From Neoconidiobolus thromboides FSU 785 (lineage: Eukaryota; Fungi; Entomophthoromycota), in NCBI GenBank assembly GCA_025603075.1, contig MU626314.1, forward strand, positions 1 to 64,000: a stretch of 64,000 nt of DNA, in the 5' to 3' direction. The notes below the pieces were generated by a model that ran no database searches, had not been told where the DNA came from, and worked only from the letters and a program-made list of their open reading frames with translations. Numbering within the stretch: the first letter of the stretch is position 1; every line of letters starts with the position of its first letter. The translations under genes and the position numbers were made by a program. Shown here one piece after another: positions 1 to 11,827 of the stretch.

Positions 1-457
1 ATATCGCTTTGTCAGTCCCATGGTTAATTATACCATAATAATCGCTTAAGCTGTTGTGTTCTCGAGTTCAGAGGAAATCAATCCCACATTCTTAGTTTGA
101 TTTGCTATGAGAATTTCTAGCTCCATCCAAAAGAATATTATCTTCTCATTTTGATATTTATACTTTTCAGAGTATAAAAGAGTTTACAGAGTATAGTAGT
201 TCGAGGCTTTTTAACTGAATTATTCCCTGATATCTCGAACATTTAATAAAGCCACTAAGTTTTCTTAATAGTATTTTACGTAGATTTTACATTAGTATTG
301 TCTATTCTATTTGTCTTACATAGTCCATAGCCTATTATACGTTGTTGTTCATAATTCAAGTCTATCTTAGTCACATAAACTAAGACCTTTCGACTTATAG
401 TGTAGTCAACCCAGTAATAGCTGTTCTTGACTCCAACCACTGAGTCCAGATTTCACA
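1..457 (-). mobile_element. Solo LTR copy 1 (far end cut by the window edge by about 6 bp)
   Basis: Reverse complement of 11364-11827 over its whole length; TTTCACA terminus at 451-457. The TSD cannot be checked because of the window edge. Confidence 0.85.
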
Positions 458-1534
458 TAGCTAAGAAAAATTCATTTATATAAATGATTTTTATTTTACA
501 ATACAAATTAAAATATAAAATCCTAAAAATCAAAAGCCAATCATGAGTACTTTTTAAAAGCAATATTTTAATGGGGATTGTCAGTATAAAAGTTGCTTTT
601 TTCTGAAGCTAATTTGTTGGTTTAATTTATAAAAAAAGTAGTCTATTATCTTGATAAAGAATAGACTGTAAAGCTAAATAAACTACTTTTATAAATAGCT
701 CTTTATGAAGAATGGTCACAATTAAATAAGGCAACGAATTTAAATAAAGCTGATAATAAATGTTGAATTTTACTTCTTTACATTAAAGAGCAACTTTTAA
801 GGCCAAACTTTGAATCAGTTAGTTTCAAAAACAGCAGATAAGCCACAATAATGCCTTTAAAGTTGTATAATTTTACACCAGAAGTTTCCCCAAAAATAAT
901 GCTTGCTTAATCTAGTTGTGTTTTTGTCATGTTTAAGGGTAAGAAGTAAAAGTGAGTTTTCAAAATCATATTATACTTTAATAAATTCATAAAACAATAG
1001 TCAAAAATTCATAAGCATTTAGCCCAATTTGAAAATTAAAGTTTAGTTAAAAAGTATATTATAGATAACCTTGTTAGTTTTGGTCTTTTCCATTAAAAAT
1101 TATAATTAGTTAAATAAATGTTTAGATATAACACGAAATAGCCAATAGGATTTGCTTTCAAAGCTTTTGTAATAATTTATGAAATCATAAAGTAAATTAA
1201 ATGAAAAACTGTGCTTATGATTGGAGGATATTACGTTAAATTCTTCCTGCCACTTTTTAGAACTCGATTGACTGATGTCAATTGGGTTTATCTTATATAC
1301 TAAACCCACTTTTTATTTGCGAATATTTTTCATTAAAGTAGTTTAATTACGGTTTATTCTTAAAATAAATAATTTAAAAATCAAACACTATGGGTGTTTG
1401 AAATAGTAGGAACCTTGAAAACTGTAATAGACTACCAGAAAATTAAAATTCTCAAAAGTTATATGTAATCATTAAATTATTAAAATTGATTTTAATCATA
1501 GGCAAAATTATCAAAAGAAGCCGAAAAACAGAAC

Positions 1535-2218
1535 TTAATTATAGTTAGTTATAAAATGAATGTTATGTACTCTAGAAGATGGTGAGGGTGAGGTCAAATT
1601 AAAAATCTTTGGCAGTGCGTTAGTAAGGGGTGGTAAATTATCAAGCCTCCTTATGTTCAAGCTTCTTTCATTATTTTGTGAGCTAGGAGACTCAGAAGAA
1701 TATTCTGAACGAGAGTAAATGGAACTAGAAGCATCAGAAATTTGACTAGAGTGGCTTGGTATTTTAACCAAGGTAGGTAAGTCCAAGCTATTTAAACTTG
1801 GAAGTGTAATTTGATTCTTTTTCATTTTATGACAGGATCTTGCAGACTCTGAATATGGGGAAGAGTATGGTTTACGTTGGCTTGATTCTTCTTCAGTGCT
1901 TTGGAATTCATTAAATAAGGGGTGATTATGGAACATGTTTTTACCACCACGAAATTCCCATTGACCACTCTTATTACGAAATAGCACTATTTTCCAATTG
2001 CACTTGCAACGATCACTATTTCTATTGCGCTTCTTTAAAAAATTATCTTTCTTTGAATCAGGGATACCCTCTTTAGAGCAAACAATATAAATAGCAGCCA
2101 ACTTTGAAGTACGGATGCGTATGCTAAAACCACAAGACTTAGCTAGGTTTTGACAAAATAAGATAGCATCTTCAGAAGTTGAGAATGATTTTGAGAAGAT
2201 TGGATAAAAATTTATCAT
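1535..2218 (-). CDS. FAR1/AFT-like (WRKY-GCM1 superfamily) zinc-finger DNA-binding protein, paralog A, 227 aa, intronless
   Basis: Motifs GFSIRIRTSK, IYIVCSKEG, RNRNSDRCKCNW and WEFRGGKNMFHNH give the C..C..HxH ligand pattern of the FAR1 DNA-binding domain; Ser-rich tail; two paralogs nearby. Confidence 0.85.
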   Translation of the reverse strand: MINFYPIFSKSFSTSEDAILFCQNLAKSCGFSIRIRTSKLAAIYIVCSKEGIPDSKKDNFLKKRNRNSDRCKCNWKIVLFRNKSGQWEFRGGKNMFHNHPLFNEFQSTEEESSQRKPYSSPYSESARSCHKMKKNQITLPSLNSLDLPTLVKIPSHSSQISDASSSIYSRSEYSSESPSSQNNERSLNIRRLDNLPPLTNALPKIFNLTSPSPSSRVHNIHFITNYN

Positions 2219-2359
2219 TTTACAAAATTTATTCTGAATTTAAATTATTTTTGAAAAAAAAAAATGATGATTAATTTCAGATTCCAATGCTTAAATAGTA
2301 TTACCTTTGATTCAATCTCTGAGATTAATCCTTAGATCGAACTAATTTTAGACATAACG

Positions 2360-2367
2360 AATCGATC
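2360..2367 (-). promoter_or_regulatory. GATCGATT motif about 142 bp upstream of paralog A
   Basis: AATCGATC on the + strand; the same oriented 8-mer lies upstream of paralogs B and C. Confidence 0.5.
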
Positions 2368-4752
2368 TTAAAAATTTGGAGTTTTTGGTTGGTTCCTGTC
2401 AAATTACTCAAAATTACTTCACTATTATAAATAATAAACTTTAATAGAATATATAATTCATTTATCTATTAAATACTACAAAGAATATTGTATATTTTAG
2501 TTTCTACCCTTTATAAATATTACAATAACATACATTCTTAAAACTCAAGCTTGTATAATACCAAGTTGTAAGTTTTAACACTTATTAAATTAAATATTTC
2601 AAACTCCTGAGGGGACACAGTTGGTTAGTTATTTTAATTAAAAATATGCTGATAATAAAAGGTTACATCTTATTGGAATAAATGTTGTAATCATTAGCTA
2701 ACAGCTTTAGGGGAAATCTCACAGCTCCTAAAAATTGAATCGCGAGGATCGAAAAATTTCAATTAAATTTCGATTTTAAGATTCACTCTAAATCCATAAT
2801 TTTTCCACCCCATACTAAGACAAAAACAATGGTCCAAAGAATTTACCTTTTATGGGTTATTTGAATTTTTCTAGATTGAAGCAATCATTACATTTTTAAT
2901 TAAATGTAATAAATAATCAATTACGTTAAGGATAAAAGTACAAATAGTAACCCTGGAAGTCATGTAAGCATTAAATCCCTTATATTATCCCATACTTCAA
3001 TATTCTATATAAAGATCATACAAAAATCCGTGTGATTGATAAATTGAACTAAAGAATCATGTGTAATTGAGCTTCCTTTTACCTCTATTATACTTTATAG
3101 AAGTTTGAAACTTATTAGATTATATAAGCTATTAACTGAAAATATAGGGATCTCACGTTATGATTTGATCTTCTTAGGTTTCATTCTTATCTCTTAAATC
3201 TTTGCAGTGTTGTTTAAAACAGAACTCAGATCTTCATAGTTGTTTAGAGATTGTTATTAGCTTAAATAATTTTGTTAGATTATTATAATGTTACAATAAT
3301 TTATATACCTTGCTATATTACAGAATAGCTTATTATTTATGAACTAGAACTTTTTTATAGGATTAAGGTGGTTGAATAATTTATTCAATTGCTCAATAAA
3401 TAAAGGTGTCTAACCTTACAATTTTTTATTTCACAATTTCATTAGTGCCTGTTTTAATGCCTTTATTAAAATTGATAGCTTAACCAAAAGTTGTAATGAT
3501 TATATTAGTTCTATCTGAATCTAAGATTAACCTTACTATATAGTAAAAATAAATATAATGTTATAAAGATGAATTAGAACCATCGTAAATAAAATAGCAA
3601 AGCAAATACAATAATGTTGATTTACTAGTACTACATTATAAAAAACAATATAAGTAATTCATTACATTTGTTTTACTGCTATGAAGATCAATTTGAAGTT
3701 TTTTATTAAATGAACTCAAGTTGTATGATTTTTAAGACAAGCTCTGCTTTTTGATAGAACTTTTGCCCCAAGTTGTTTTATTAAAAAATTATTGGGCAAA
3801 TAAAGCAAAATAATGAATTTAAGCAAAATTTTGGAGTAAATCTATTAAATTAAAAAATTATAGTAGAGATTATAGAATGAAGCAATTTACGGACTATAAA
3901 TATTCAATTAGATTGAATTAAAGACTTCAAAGATCTAGAATTACATATTTATTAAATATCTATAATACTTATAAATCGACATTTTTAATAGATAGATTAG
4001 CTACATTTTCTTAGTGAAGTAGTATCATATATATAACTATATAAATTCCCTTTACTAAATTTAATCCACACCATGCTTTACCCCCTTTTTTATATTTATC
4101 ATCAGAAATCGTATTTATCTTATTGGCTTATTTCTTACCAAAATGGCATGGTAAATATTTTCAGTTTTATTATTTAAAGTTACTTAATTTTACAATTATA
4201 CAACCACTTAGATTGCCCAAACATGCTATAGTGTTGTTAGTATTAATTACGAAATAGATAATTAAGTTGAAAACTAAACAAATAATCATGCCAATCGATT
4301 TACAATAATACACTCAAATCAGAATAAACTTGGTATTATCACTATCAGTTTAATGAAAAATTGTATTTTTAATGATCAACTAACACTTAGAAGTAAGAAA
4401 AATAAGATTGAATCACAAAAAATTAATAAAAAATACGATGCTTTTTAAAAAAGAGATCTGAACAACTACTTTAATAAAAAGATTAACTAACTGGGTTCTT
4501 AACACCTACTTAACTACCCACCCACCAATTATTTCTCAATCATGATTTAGTTATCTTTTTGTTGACATTAAAGGAATGAATTGAGATTAGATTATTAGCC
4601 AATAAATTGAGTTTATTTTTAATTTAGATAAGGTTTAATTGCACCAAAAATGATGAGTTAAAAGCCTTAAGTAGGTAAAGTAGGAAGGTGGTAAAAAAGA
4701 CAGAAAGTAGAAACAAAGGTCGAAGTTTATCGAGTTTTTTCTAAAAAAATAC

Positions 4753-4760
4753 GATCGATT
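4753..4760 (+). promoter_or_regulatory. GATCGATT motif about 151 bp upstream of paralog B
   Basis: acGATCGATTac; shared with A and C. Confidence 0.5.
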
Positions 4761-4910
4761 ACCTACAACTCCATTAATGAAGAAAATAGGGAGTTTAAAT
4801 CTGTTAATTTATTATTAAAGAAAAATATATATAAACAATCAAAAAGTATATTTTTAAAATTATAATTTTAATTAAATTCGATTTTTTATAATATTTATAT
4901 ATTTAAAAAT

Positions 4911-5534
4911 ATGTATCGTTTCAATAACATTTTAAATAAAAAATTTGCTACTTCCCAAGAAGCTATTGAATACTGTCAATACTTGGCTCATGCATGTGGG
5001 TTTTCTGTAAGGATAAGAACTAGTAAAGCAACTACCATTTATATTGTCTGTAGTAGAGAAGGAAAACCTGATATGAAGGCTGATTTCGGAAAAAAGAGAA
5101 ATAGAAACAGTGATAGATGTAATTGCCAATGGCGTATTGTTCTATACTATAATGAAGATTTACCAAGGAACATGCGTTGGGAATTTAGAGAAGGAAAATC
5201 TATGGTGCATAATCACTCTGTTTTTAATGAATTAACTTATCCTTCTTATACTTGCACTGAACAAGTTTATAATCAGTCATCGAGCTTTATTTCTAATAAT
5301 CCACATATTACAAACAATAATCAAGCACAAAATTTAAGTTATAATCCATTCGGATATAGAGATTCATCATCAAATTGCACAGGCTCAAGTTCACCTTCGC
5401 CTAATTATCTCTCCACTTATACACTGCCACCTATGGAAAATCAATTGAAATTACCACCTATTCATTGGGAAAACTATAACCCCATGCCTAAAAAGCAATG
5501 CTTACCAAACTCTCTTCAATTTATCCTAAACTAA
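4911..5534 (+). CDS. FAR1/AFT-like zinc-finger DNA-binding protein, paralog B, 207 aa, intronless, divergent from A
   Basis: GFSVRIRTSK, IYIVCSREG, RNRNSDRCNCQW, WEFREGKSMVHNH; Asn/Ser/Pro-rich tail ending SLQFILN. Confidence 0.85.
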   Translation: MYRFNNILNKKFATSQEAIEYCQYLAHACGFSVRIRTSKATTIYIVCSREGKPDMKADFGKKRNRNSDRCNCQWRIVLYYNEDLPRNMRWEFREGKSMVHNHSVFNELTYPSYTCTEQVYNQSSSFISNNPHITNNNQAQNLSYNPFGYRDSSSNCTGSSSPSPNYLSTYTLPPMENQLKLPPIHWENYNPMPKKQCLPNSLQFILN

Positions 5535-6873
5535 TAGCCTATCTTTATTTTGATTTTGTTTCATTGAGTGTTTAATTTATTAAAGTTTTTAATTTGTTTA
5601 TCTTTTATAATTTCGTATGTTTATCTTGTTTAAGTTGTAATGATTAGCTAGTATTAAATTTTAAAGTGTTTTATAAGTTATAAATTGTACACTTGTTTTG
5701 AATAAATAAACACTAGTGGCTAAATCAACAAAATTTAAAAAGTTAGATAATTGTTTATAAAATCAAATGAAAAACTAGTAGATTAGTTTAATAACTAAGA
5801 TTTTATTCTTTTCCTTTGGTTATGATTTTATATCATACTTTTGTATTATAAAAATAATATTACACTATTTTAATTCAAATCCTGACTACTTTGGCATTTT
5901 AAAAATTCTGGTAAAATAAAGTTCAAAGCGTTAAATAGCCCATATTAAAAATATTGAAATAGTAAATTTAATATTACTATTAATAAACTTTAAATATGAG
6001 TTTATCTATTCATGTACAAATATATATTATTAAAACAAAATTAAAAATAACTTTAAAAATAGTAATGTAAGCTTAACTAAAAATCATATACTAGGTCTTG
6101 ATATTTGGATTCTTATTAAATTCGATATTATTATAATATTTTTAGTGAATTAAGCAACTATAATCTTTACAATCTTAAAATTATTTTCTGAATAATTATA
6201 GTCTTTTGGCTTTCTATAGTTGCTCTTTGTCCTTTTGAATTTTTCAATTGAAACAATATAATTTATACTTTTAATCATTTATTCTCTCTAGTAGTTAATG
6301 TTTTATAAGAAATTGTTAATTTGTTTAAATTTTTATTCACAGCTAGCAATTAAATACAGCATCTTCATTAGCTAATATAGCAAAAGGTAGTAGTACAATT
6401 AAACAGTTTAATGATAGTTCTAAACAAAATCCTAACGGCTTTCAACAAAATAGCAAAAGGCTACTAAAAATTAAACATACAACATTAATAAAACTTGAAT
6501 AAAAAACTATTAAATAAACAAGTATAGGTATCATAGATTTTAATAATAATTTTATTATAATTTAAATATATCATATAAACTTTTCAGAGTTTTAATAGAA
6601 TAAAGCCATATATGATGGTTGATGTATTAGATTCTTAAATTATTACTTTTTTTTCATTGTAATATTAATTCTAAAATATATTTTAAAATTCTTATTTTGA
6701 TATGAGTTTTTCAAATCTTGACTAAAAAAGAAGACTATTTAACAATGTTTTTATTTTTTTTTCGATTTTCACTATTAAAACCTTTAATGATATCTATATA
6801 ATATTCTGGATTGTAAGATTTTATCTTAACTGTAATTTGATTCTTCCAGTCTTCATATTAGTAGGAGGGCACG

Positions 6874-6962
6874 ATATGGGGCTGTTTTTTTTTAGTTTCA
6901 TTATTTTTCCATTTTTTAAGCGCTATTTATGTGGAAAAATTGTCAGTAAAATTCTTAAAAGC
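6874..6962 (-). mobile_element. MITE copy M1 (reverse orientation, one end truncated)
   Basis: Reverse complement of the ~105-bp consensus; starts ATATGGGGCTG; core AAGCGCTATTTATGTGGAAAAA. Confidence 0.75.
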
Positions 6963-7069
6963 ATAAGGGGATCTACTTTTTTGTTTAAGAGTTTTATTAA
7001 CAATCTTTCCACTCAAATAGCGCTTAAAAGATGGAAAAAGTGATGAAGCCAAAAAAAACATCACTATAT
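6963..7069 (+). mobile_element. MITE copy M2, followed by a further left-end fragment (7066-7090) that shares its ATAT
   Basis: Core TTTCCACTCAAATAGCGCTTAAAAGATGGAAAAAG; ends AAACATCACTATAT. Confidence 0.8.
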
Positions 7070-7389
7070 GGGGATGTAATTTTGTATTTATAATAATTTT
7101 TTAAATGTCAAAATACTTGTGGATCTTGTCACAATTTACCGAGCATAAAAATCCTACATAAAGCAAGTTTATCAAAGTTAAAGCTGATTAAAACATAGTC
7201 TAACTTAACGTATATTAAATAATAGATAGATAGGTAGATTAAATGAACTGAACGGTTATAAAAATCAATACTGGACTATAAAGTCAAATACAAAAGCAAT
7301 AGCCAAACAATAATTTCTTTATTATAGTCATGATCTTGGCATCTAAAATAAGCAAGTTGCTACTTTTGAAAGTGATTTTACTAAAGGGA

Positions 7390-7493
7390 ATATAGGAATG
7401 TATTTTTTTGTTTGAGTTTTATTAACAATTATTCTATTCAAATAGTACCTGAAAAATGGAAAAAGTGATAAAATCAAAAAAATGCCCTCATAT
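7390..7493 (+). mobile_element. MITE copy M3
   Basis: ATATAGGAATG...GCCCTCATAT with a diverged core. Confidence 0.7.
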
Positions 7494-8909
7494 GACAAAC
7501 TTGGGTACACTTTTTACTTGATAACTTAGTTGAAATTTTGTTCAAGTTTTGAAATATTTAAAAAGTGAGTAAAACCGAGAAAAAAAATTCTTATGCAGAT
7601 TATCACAAACACATCATAGAACTTCTCCTTTAAATTTATTGCTACTATCGGTTTTACTCCTAATATTTAATTTTAAATATAAGTATACAGCTACTTTTCT
7701 AGTAAATAAACACTAAAGGAACTGACAAAAGCAAAATACCAATCAAAACAAATCGCATATGGTTTCAAACCCATGGTTTTAATAGAAACATACATGGGGC
7801 ATGTAATTTGTTTTTTATTTGTCACTAAGTAGATTTATCATAATTTTATGTTTATTCTAATAAGAACCTTTTAACTTCATTAAAAGTTTGGAATAAAACT
7901 TCATTCTAATTATTGGTAACAAATTAAAAAATATAAAGATAAATAAATTTTGTTTTAAATTTGAATTTGCATTATTTAACAATTTAATTAAATAACAACT
8001 TAGACGCCAATATACTGAAAATCAACACTATTAATCTCTTTGTTTTTATTACTATTAAAATCAAAACGATATTCCTATTTAATAAAGAAAATAAGATTGA
8101 GTTTTTAAAAATTAAAATTAAAATTAAAATTAAAATGTGTGTAATATTCTAATGATAGGATACTAAAATAACAGTTTCAACTTCCAAGTGAAGTTGACAA
8201 AAGTTTAGTTAGTAATTAATTTATTCTCCAATTAGAACAACTTCGTAAAATTTGCCTTATTGTTTTACTGACAACTTATAACCACTTTTATGATTTTTCC
8301 ATATTCCGAAGGCACACCAAATCAATTATCGCCGATTTGTAGGTTTGCTAGCTATTATTGGTTTTCTACTAAGTAAAAAAGTTGTCATATAAAAAATTAG
8401 CTGTTCTAAAAGAGCTTGTTTTAACTTCAAACTTGAAATTAATCCAGCCATTTAATCACTTTATTTTTCGTCATTTCAAGTTTATTTTCAAAAAGCTATT
8501 CGTAATAAAAGCTTATAATGAATTGAACTCATTTAAAACATGGAGTAGGGGATGAAAATAAGGAGAGAGACAACTTTTAATTTTAAAAATTACTATTTAA
8601 ATTTATTTATTTATTTCTTTCTAAATAATAAATAGCAATATAAGAATTCTCACTAAAAATAATAACGTAAAATAATAACCCAAAGCTATATACTATTGCA
8701 ATTTATTGAACATAATAATGTTATTTTCCACTTTTATATCATTTTACCATGATGAAGTAAGTGATTAACTATGTGTGATAATTATTTCATTTAAGTGTTT
8801 TTTATCAAATGAAATTTAAGTATAGTTATTATTTATAATTTGGGACTATTACCTATATAAGGTAAAGGTACCCTAACTAAGTTAGATGGTAGGATACTTC
8901 AAACTCATC

Positions 8910-8917
8910 GATCGATT
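8910..8917 (+). promoter_or_regulatory. GATCGATT motif about 218 bp upstream of paralog C
   Basis: catcGATCGATTtg; shared with A and B. Confidence 0.5.
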
Positions 8918-9134
8918 TGAATGATAAAGAAAGTAGGATGAAATTTGGGATTCCGATGGAATTAGAAAAAAAAAAAAATAATTCAGATCATAAAACAAAA
9001 AATCCTCGATTCTACTAGCTTCCTCTCTCTTTACTTTTAAATTATTCTTTAAAATTTTCAATTTCGAAATTAAAAAAGATTCAAACTAAATATTCAAGCT
9101 ATTCTATTTCATTTTATTAACTTAATTTTTCATT

Positions 9135-9893
9135 ATGGATAAATTAAATGTCATCTACAAGTGTAAATATAATACCTCCCAAGAAGCCATTGAGCACTGC
9201 CAACTCTTGGCTCATTGTATCGGGTTTAGCATCCGTATCCGTACCTCCAAAGCAAACACCATCTATATCGTATGTTCCAGAGAAGGAAAACCAGAGCAAG
9301 ATAAACCTATTAACAGACGCCGTAACCGATTCAGTGACCGTTGTGAGTGTCACTGGAGAGTTGTGCTTTTTAATGATAGTCATCTGAACCCTAATAATAA
9401 ATGGGAATTCAGAGCTGGTAAATCTATGGTACATAATCATTCTTTATTAACTAGTAAAAATAGCCCCAATAAAGGGGTTAATACTATATTAAAGAGATAC
9501 CCATTCAAACTCATACCTCAACCTCCTATATCTAATACAAATTTACCATCTTTGAGTACAATATTAAATGAAATGCCCTATCATCGTGAAAACAATAAGA
9601 TGGCTTATAACAAAGACCATTATAACAACGATCCCATTGAAATAAATTATAGTTGTCCTAGTACTGAGGGTACTATCAATGCTTTTAACTCACCAGTTGA
9701 AAAGACGTTATGCGATAAGTCCATGCTTACCTTGCCACCTTTATTCACAAGTGAAAAGGCATGCTTTTCTATTAACAATAACTTTCATCAACTTCCTATT
9801 CAAAATTTTAAACAGTTTGGTGAGATCATGTCGTTAGACTTATATCGTGAACGCTCTAGAACATATCCTACAATCCAAGATTTATTAAATTAA
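9135..9893 (+). CDS. FAR1/AFT-like zinc-finger DNA-binding protein, paralog C, 252 aa, intronless
   Basis: GFSIRIRTSK, IYIVCSREG, RNRFSDRCECHW, WEFRAGKSMVHNH; tail ends TIQDLLN. Confidence 0.85.
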   Translation: MDKLNVIYKCKYNTSQEAIEHCQLLAHCIGFSIRIRTSKANTIYIVCSREGKPEQDKPINRRRNRFSDRCECHWRVVLFNDSHLNPNNKWEFRAGKSMVHNHSLLTSKNSPNKGVNTILKRYPFKLIPQPPISNTNLPSLSTILNEMPYHRENNKMAYNKDHYNNDPIEINYSCPSTEGTINAFNSPVEKTLCDKSMLTLPPLFTSEKACFSINNNFHQLPIQNFKQFGEIMSLDLYRERSRTYPTIQDLLN

Positions 9894-11363
9894 GTGTATA
9901 TAGGTGGTTGATTATCTTCTCAGTTAATTATGGTGGCTATTGATAGGAAATAAATTTATGTGCCCGTTGCCATTTTTTCAAAATAAAATATATCTTTTTC
10001 TATACATGTGCTAACGCTTTTTATTAAATTTATTTTTTGTAAATGTACTTTAATGCTTCAATAATTTTTTTGATAAAAATGTGATCTGAAAGTTTTCTCC
10101 TCGTATTTTTAATGAATCATGTTATTGGTTTAATTACGAAGAAAAGGAATCGGATCTTAAAAACATTAAACTTACAAAGTGAGTATTTGCTTATCGTAAA
10201 AATTAGATCAACATAAACCAATCAAATAACTTGGCTATACCTTGAGATTTGTTATTGTAATTGTTCTATCAAATTAAACTGGTTTTATTTTCGTTTTTTG
10301 TTTCTTTTATGAAAAACTTAGCTTAGCTTTCATCATAAGAAACAAAGTGAAAATATTTTTTATCATTACAACATAATTATAAAAAAAAGGGTAGTCTCAA
10401 TTAAAAGTTGCCATTTTCTTTAACCTCTTTTTCTAAATTTATAATTTCTACCCTTTATTAAATCAAATAGGTTTATCAAAATCTATTCTCAAATAGCTTA
10501 TCCTCGCTTGATCTTTTTATAATTTTTTGATTATTAGATTATACATTAAATGCTCAATTCCTGTATAATATCTGAACACTTTATATATATTATAAAGAAA
10601 TAATTATAAAAAAGGAGTGTTATCCATGATTTATCAACTTCTATCGAATAACTTATCCTTTAATAAATCGCATATTTGCAAAACTTGTTTTATAATGTAT
10701 TGACATTTTAGAATATGCTTGTATTGATGACCATCTAAGTATAAATCCCAAGATTTTCATGCAGCAATTAATAGTTGTCCAGTTTTATATCCAAACTTAC
10801 ATGTGGCTTGCATTATACTCAATTTTAAAAAAATACATTAAAAAGCTGACTTTGAAATTGTAAATATATTACTAAAAGGGAATTACCATAAAATAAGCAT
10901 AAGCTATCTGATATGAAAATAGATTGCGTTGATAAAAGGTTACATTTATTTATTAACATCAAACCAAAGTCTATATAAAACCTTTGGGGAACAGTATCTA
11001 TTATTAGAATAAAGAGTTTGAGTATAATAAGTTGAAAATTCTGCATACTTGATTCAAATGAAGCAGAGTTTATTTGAAAATAGTTTTTGGAGCTGTTTAC
11101 TCAATAATCGCATCATTGCTAATACTTTTAGGTTCAAAATTTCATTTGTGATAAAATTTGAAACTGTCATATAGAGGGATATCTAAGTTAGTTTTATCTT
11201 TATCTAATTTTTAAATATTTTGTATTTTAGAAACTTTACTTAACTTTATAAAAGTAAATTTTTTATCAAAAAGTAAAATACTTAACAGTTTTGAGTTATT
11301 TTACTATAGTACATATTATAAATCAGTAGAGTTTTTATTAAATTCAATAAAAATTGCTATATT

Positions 11364-11827
11364 TGTGAAATCTGGTACTCAGGGTTTGGAGTCAAGAACA
11401 GCTATTGCTGGGTTGACTACACTATAAGTCGAAAGGTCTTAGTTTATGTGACTAAGATAGACTTGGATTATGAGGAATAGCACGTAATAGGTTACAAGCT
11501 ATATAAGACAAATAGAATAGACAATACTAATGTAAAACCTATGTAAAATACTATTAAGAAAACTTAGTGGCTTTATTAAATGTTCGAGATATCAGGGATT
11601 AATTCAGTTAAAAAGCCTCGAACTACTATACTCTGTAAACTGTTTTATACTCTGAAAAGTATAAATATCAAAATGAGAGGATAATATTCTTTTGGATGGA
11701 GCTAGAAATCCTCATAACAAATCAAACTAAGAATGTGGGATTGATTTTCTCTGAACTCGAGAACACAACAGCTTAGGCGATTGTTATGTTATACTTAACC
11801 ATGGGACTGACAAAGCGATATTTCACA
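11364..11827 (+). mobile_element. Solo LTR copy 2 (464 bp)
   Basis: TGTGAAA...TTTCACA termini; homologous to 1-457 and 20698-21160. No TSD (flanks are ATATT and GGCAA). Confidence 0.85.

Noticed and set aside
6837-7043. 68-aa ORF
   Set aside because: It is a chance read-through of the MITE dimer M1/M2 and starts at TTG.
2610-8551. STRE-like AGGGG/CCCCT at 2610, 2709, 4082 and 8547 upstream of the TF genes
   Set aside because: A 5-mer with only modest excess over chance and no positional consistency.
1535-9893. FAR1-domain genes as active Mutator transposons
   Set aside because: No DDE or SWIM domain, and no flanking long TIRs or 9-bp TSDs were seen.
2501-10458. 14-bp identity TTTCTACCCTTTAT at 2501 and 10445 (Aft-like CACCC/TACCC core)
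   Set aside because: TACCC occurs widely in the window, and the second copy is downstream of gene C.
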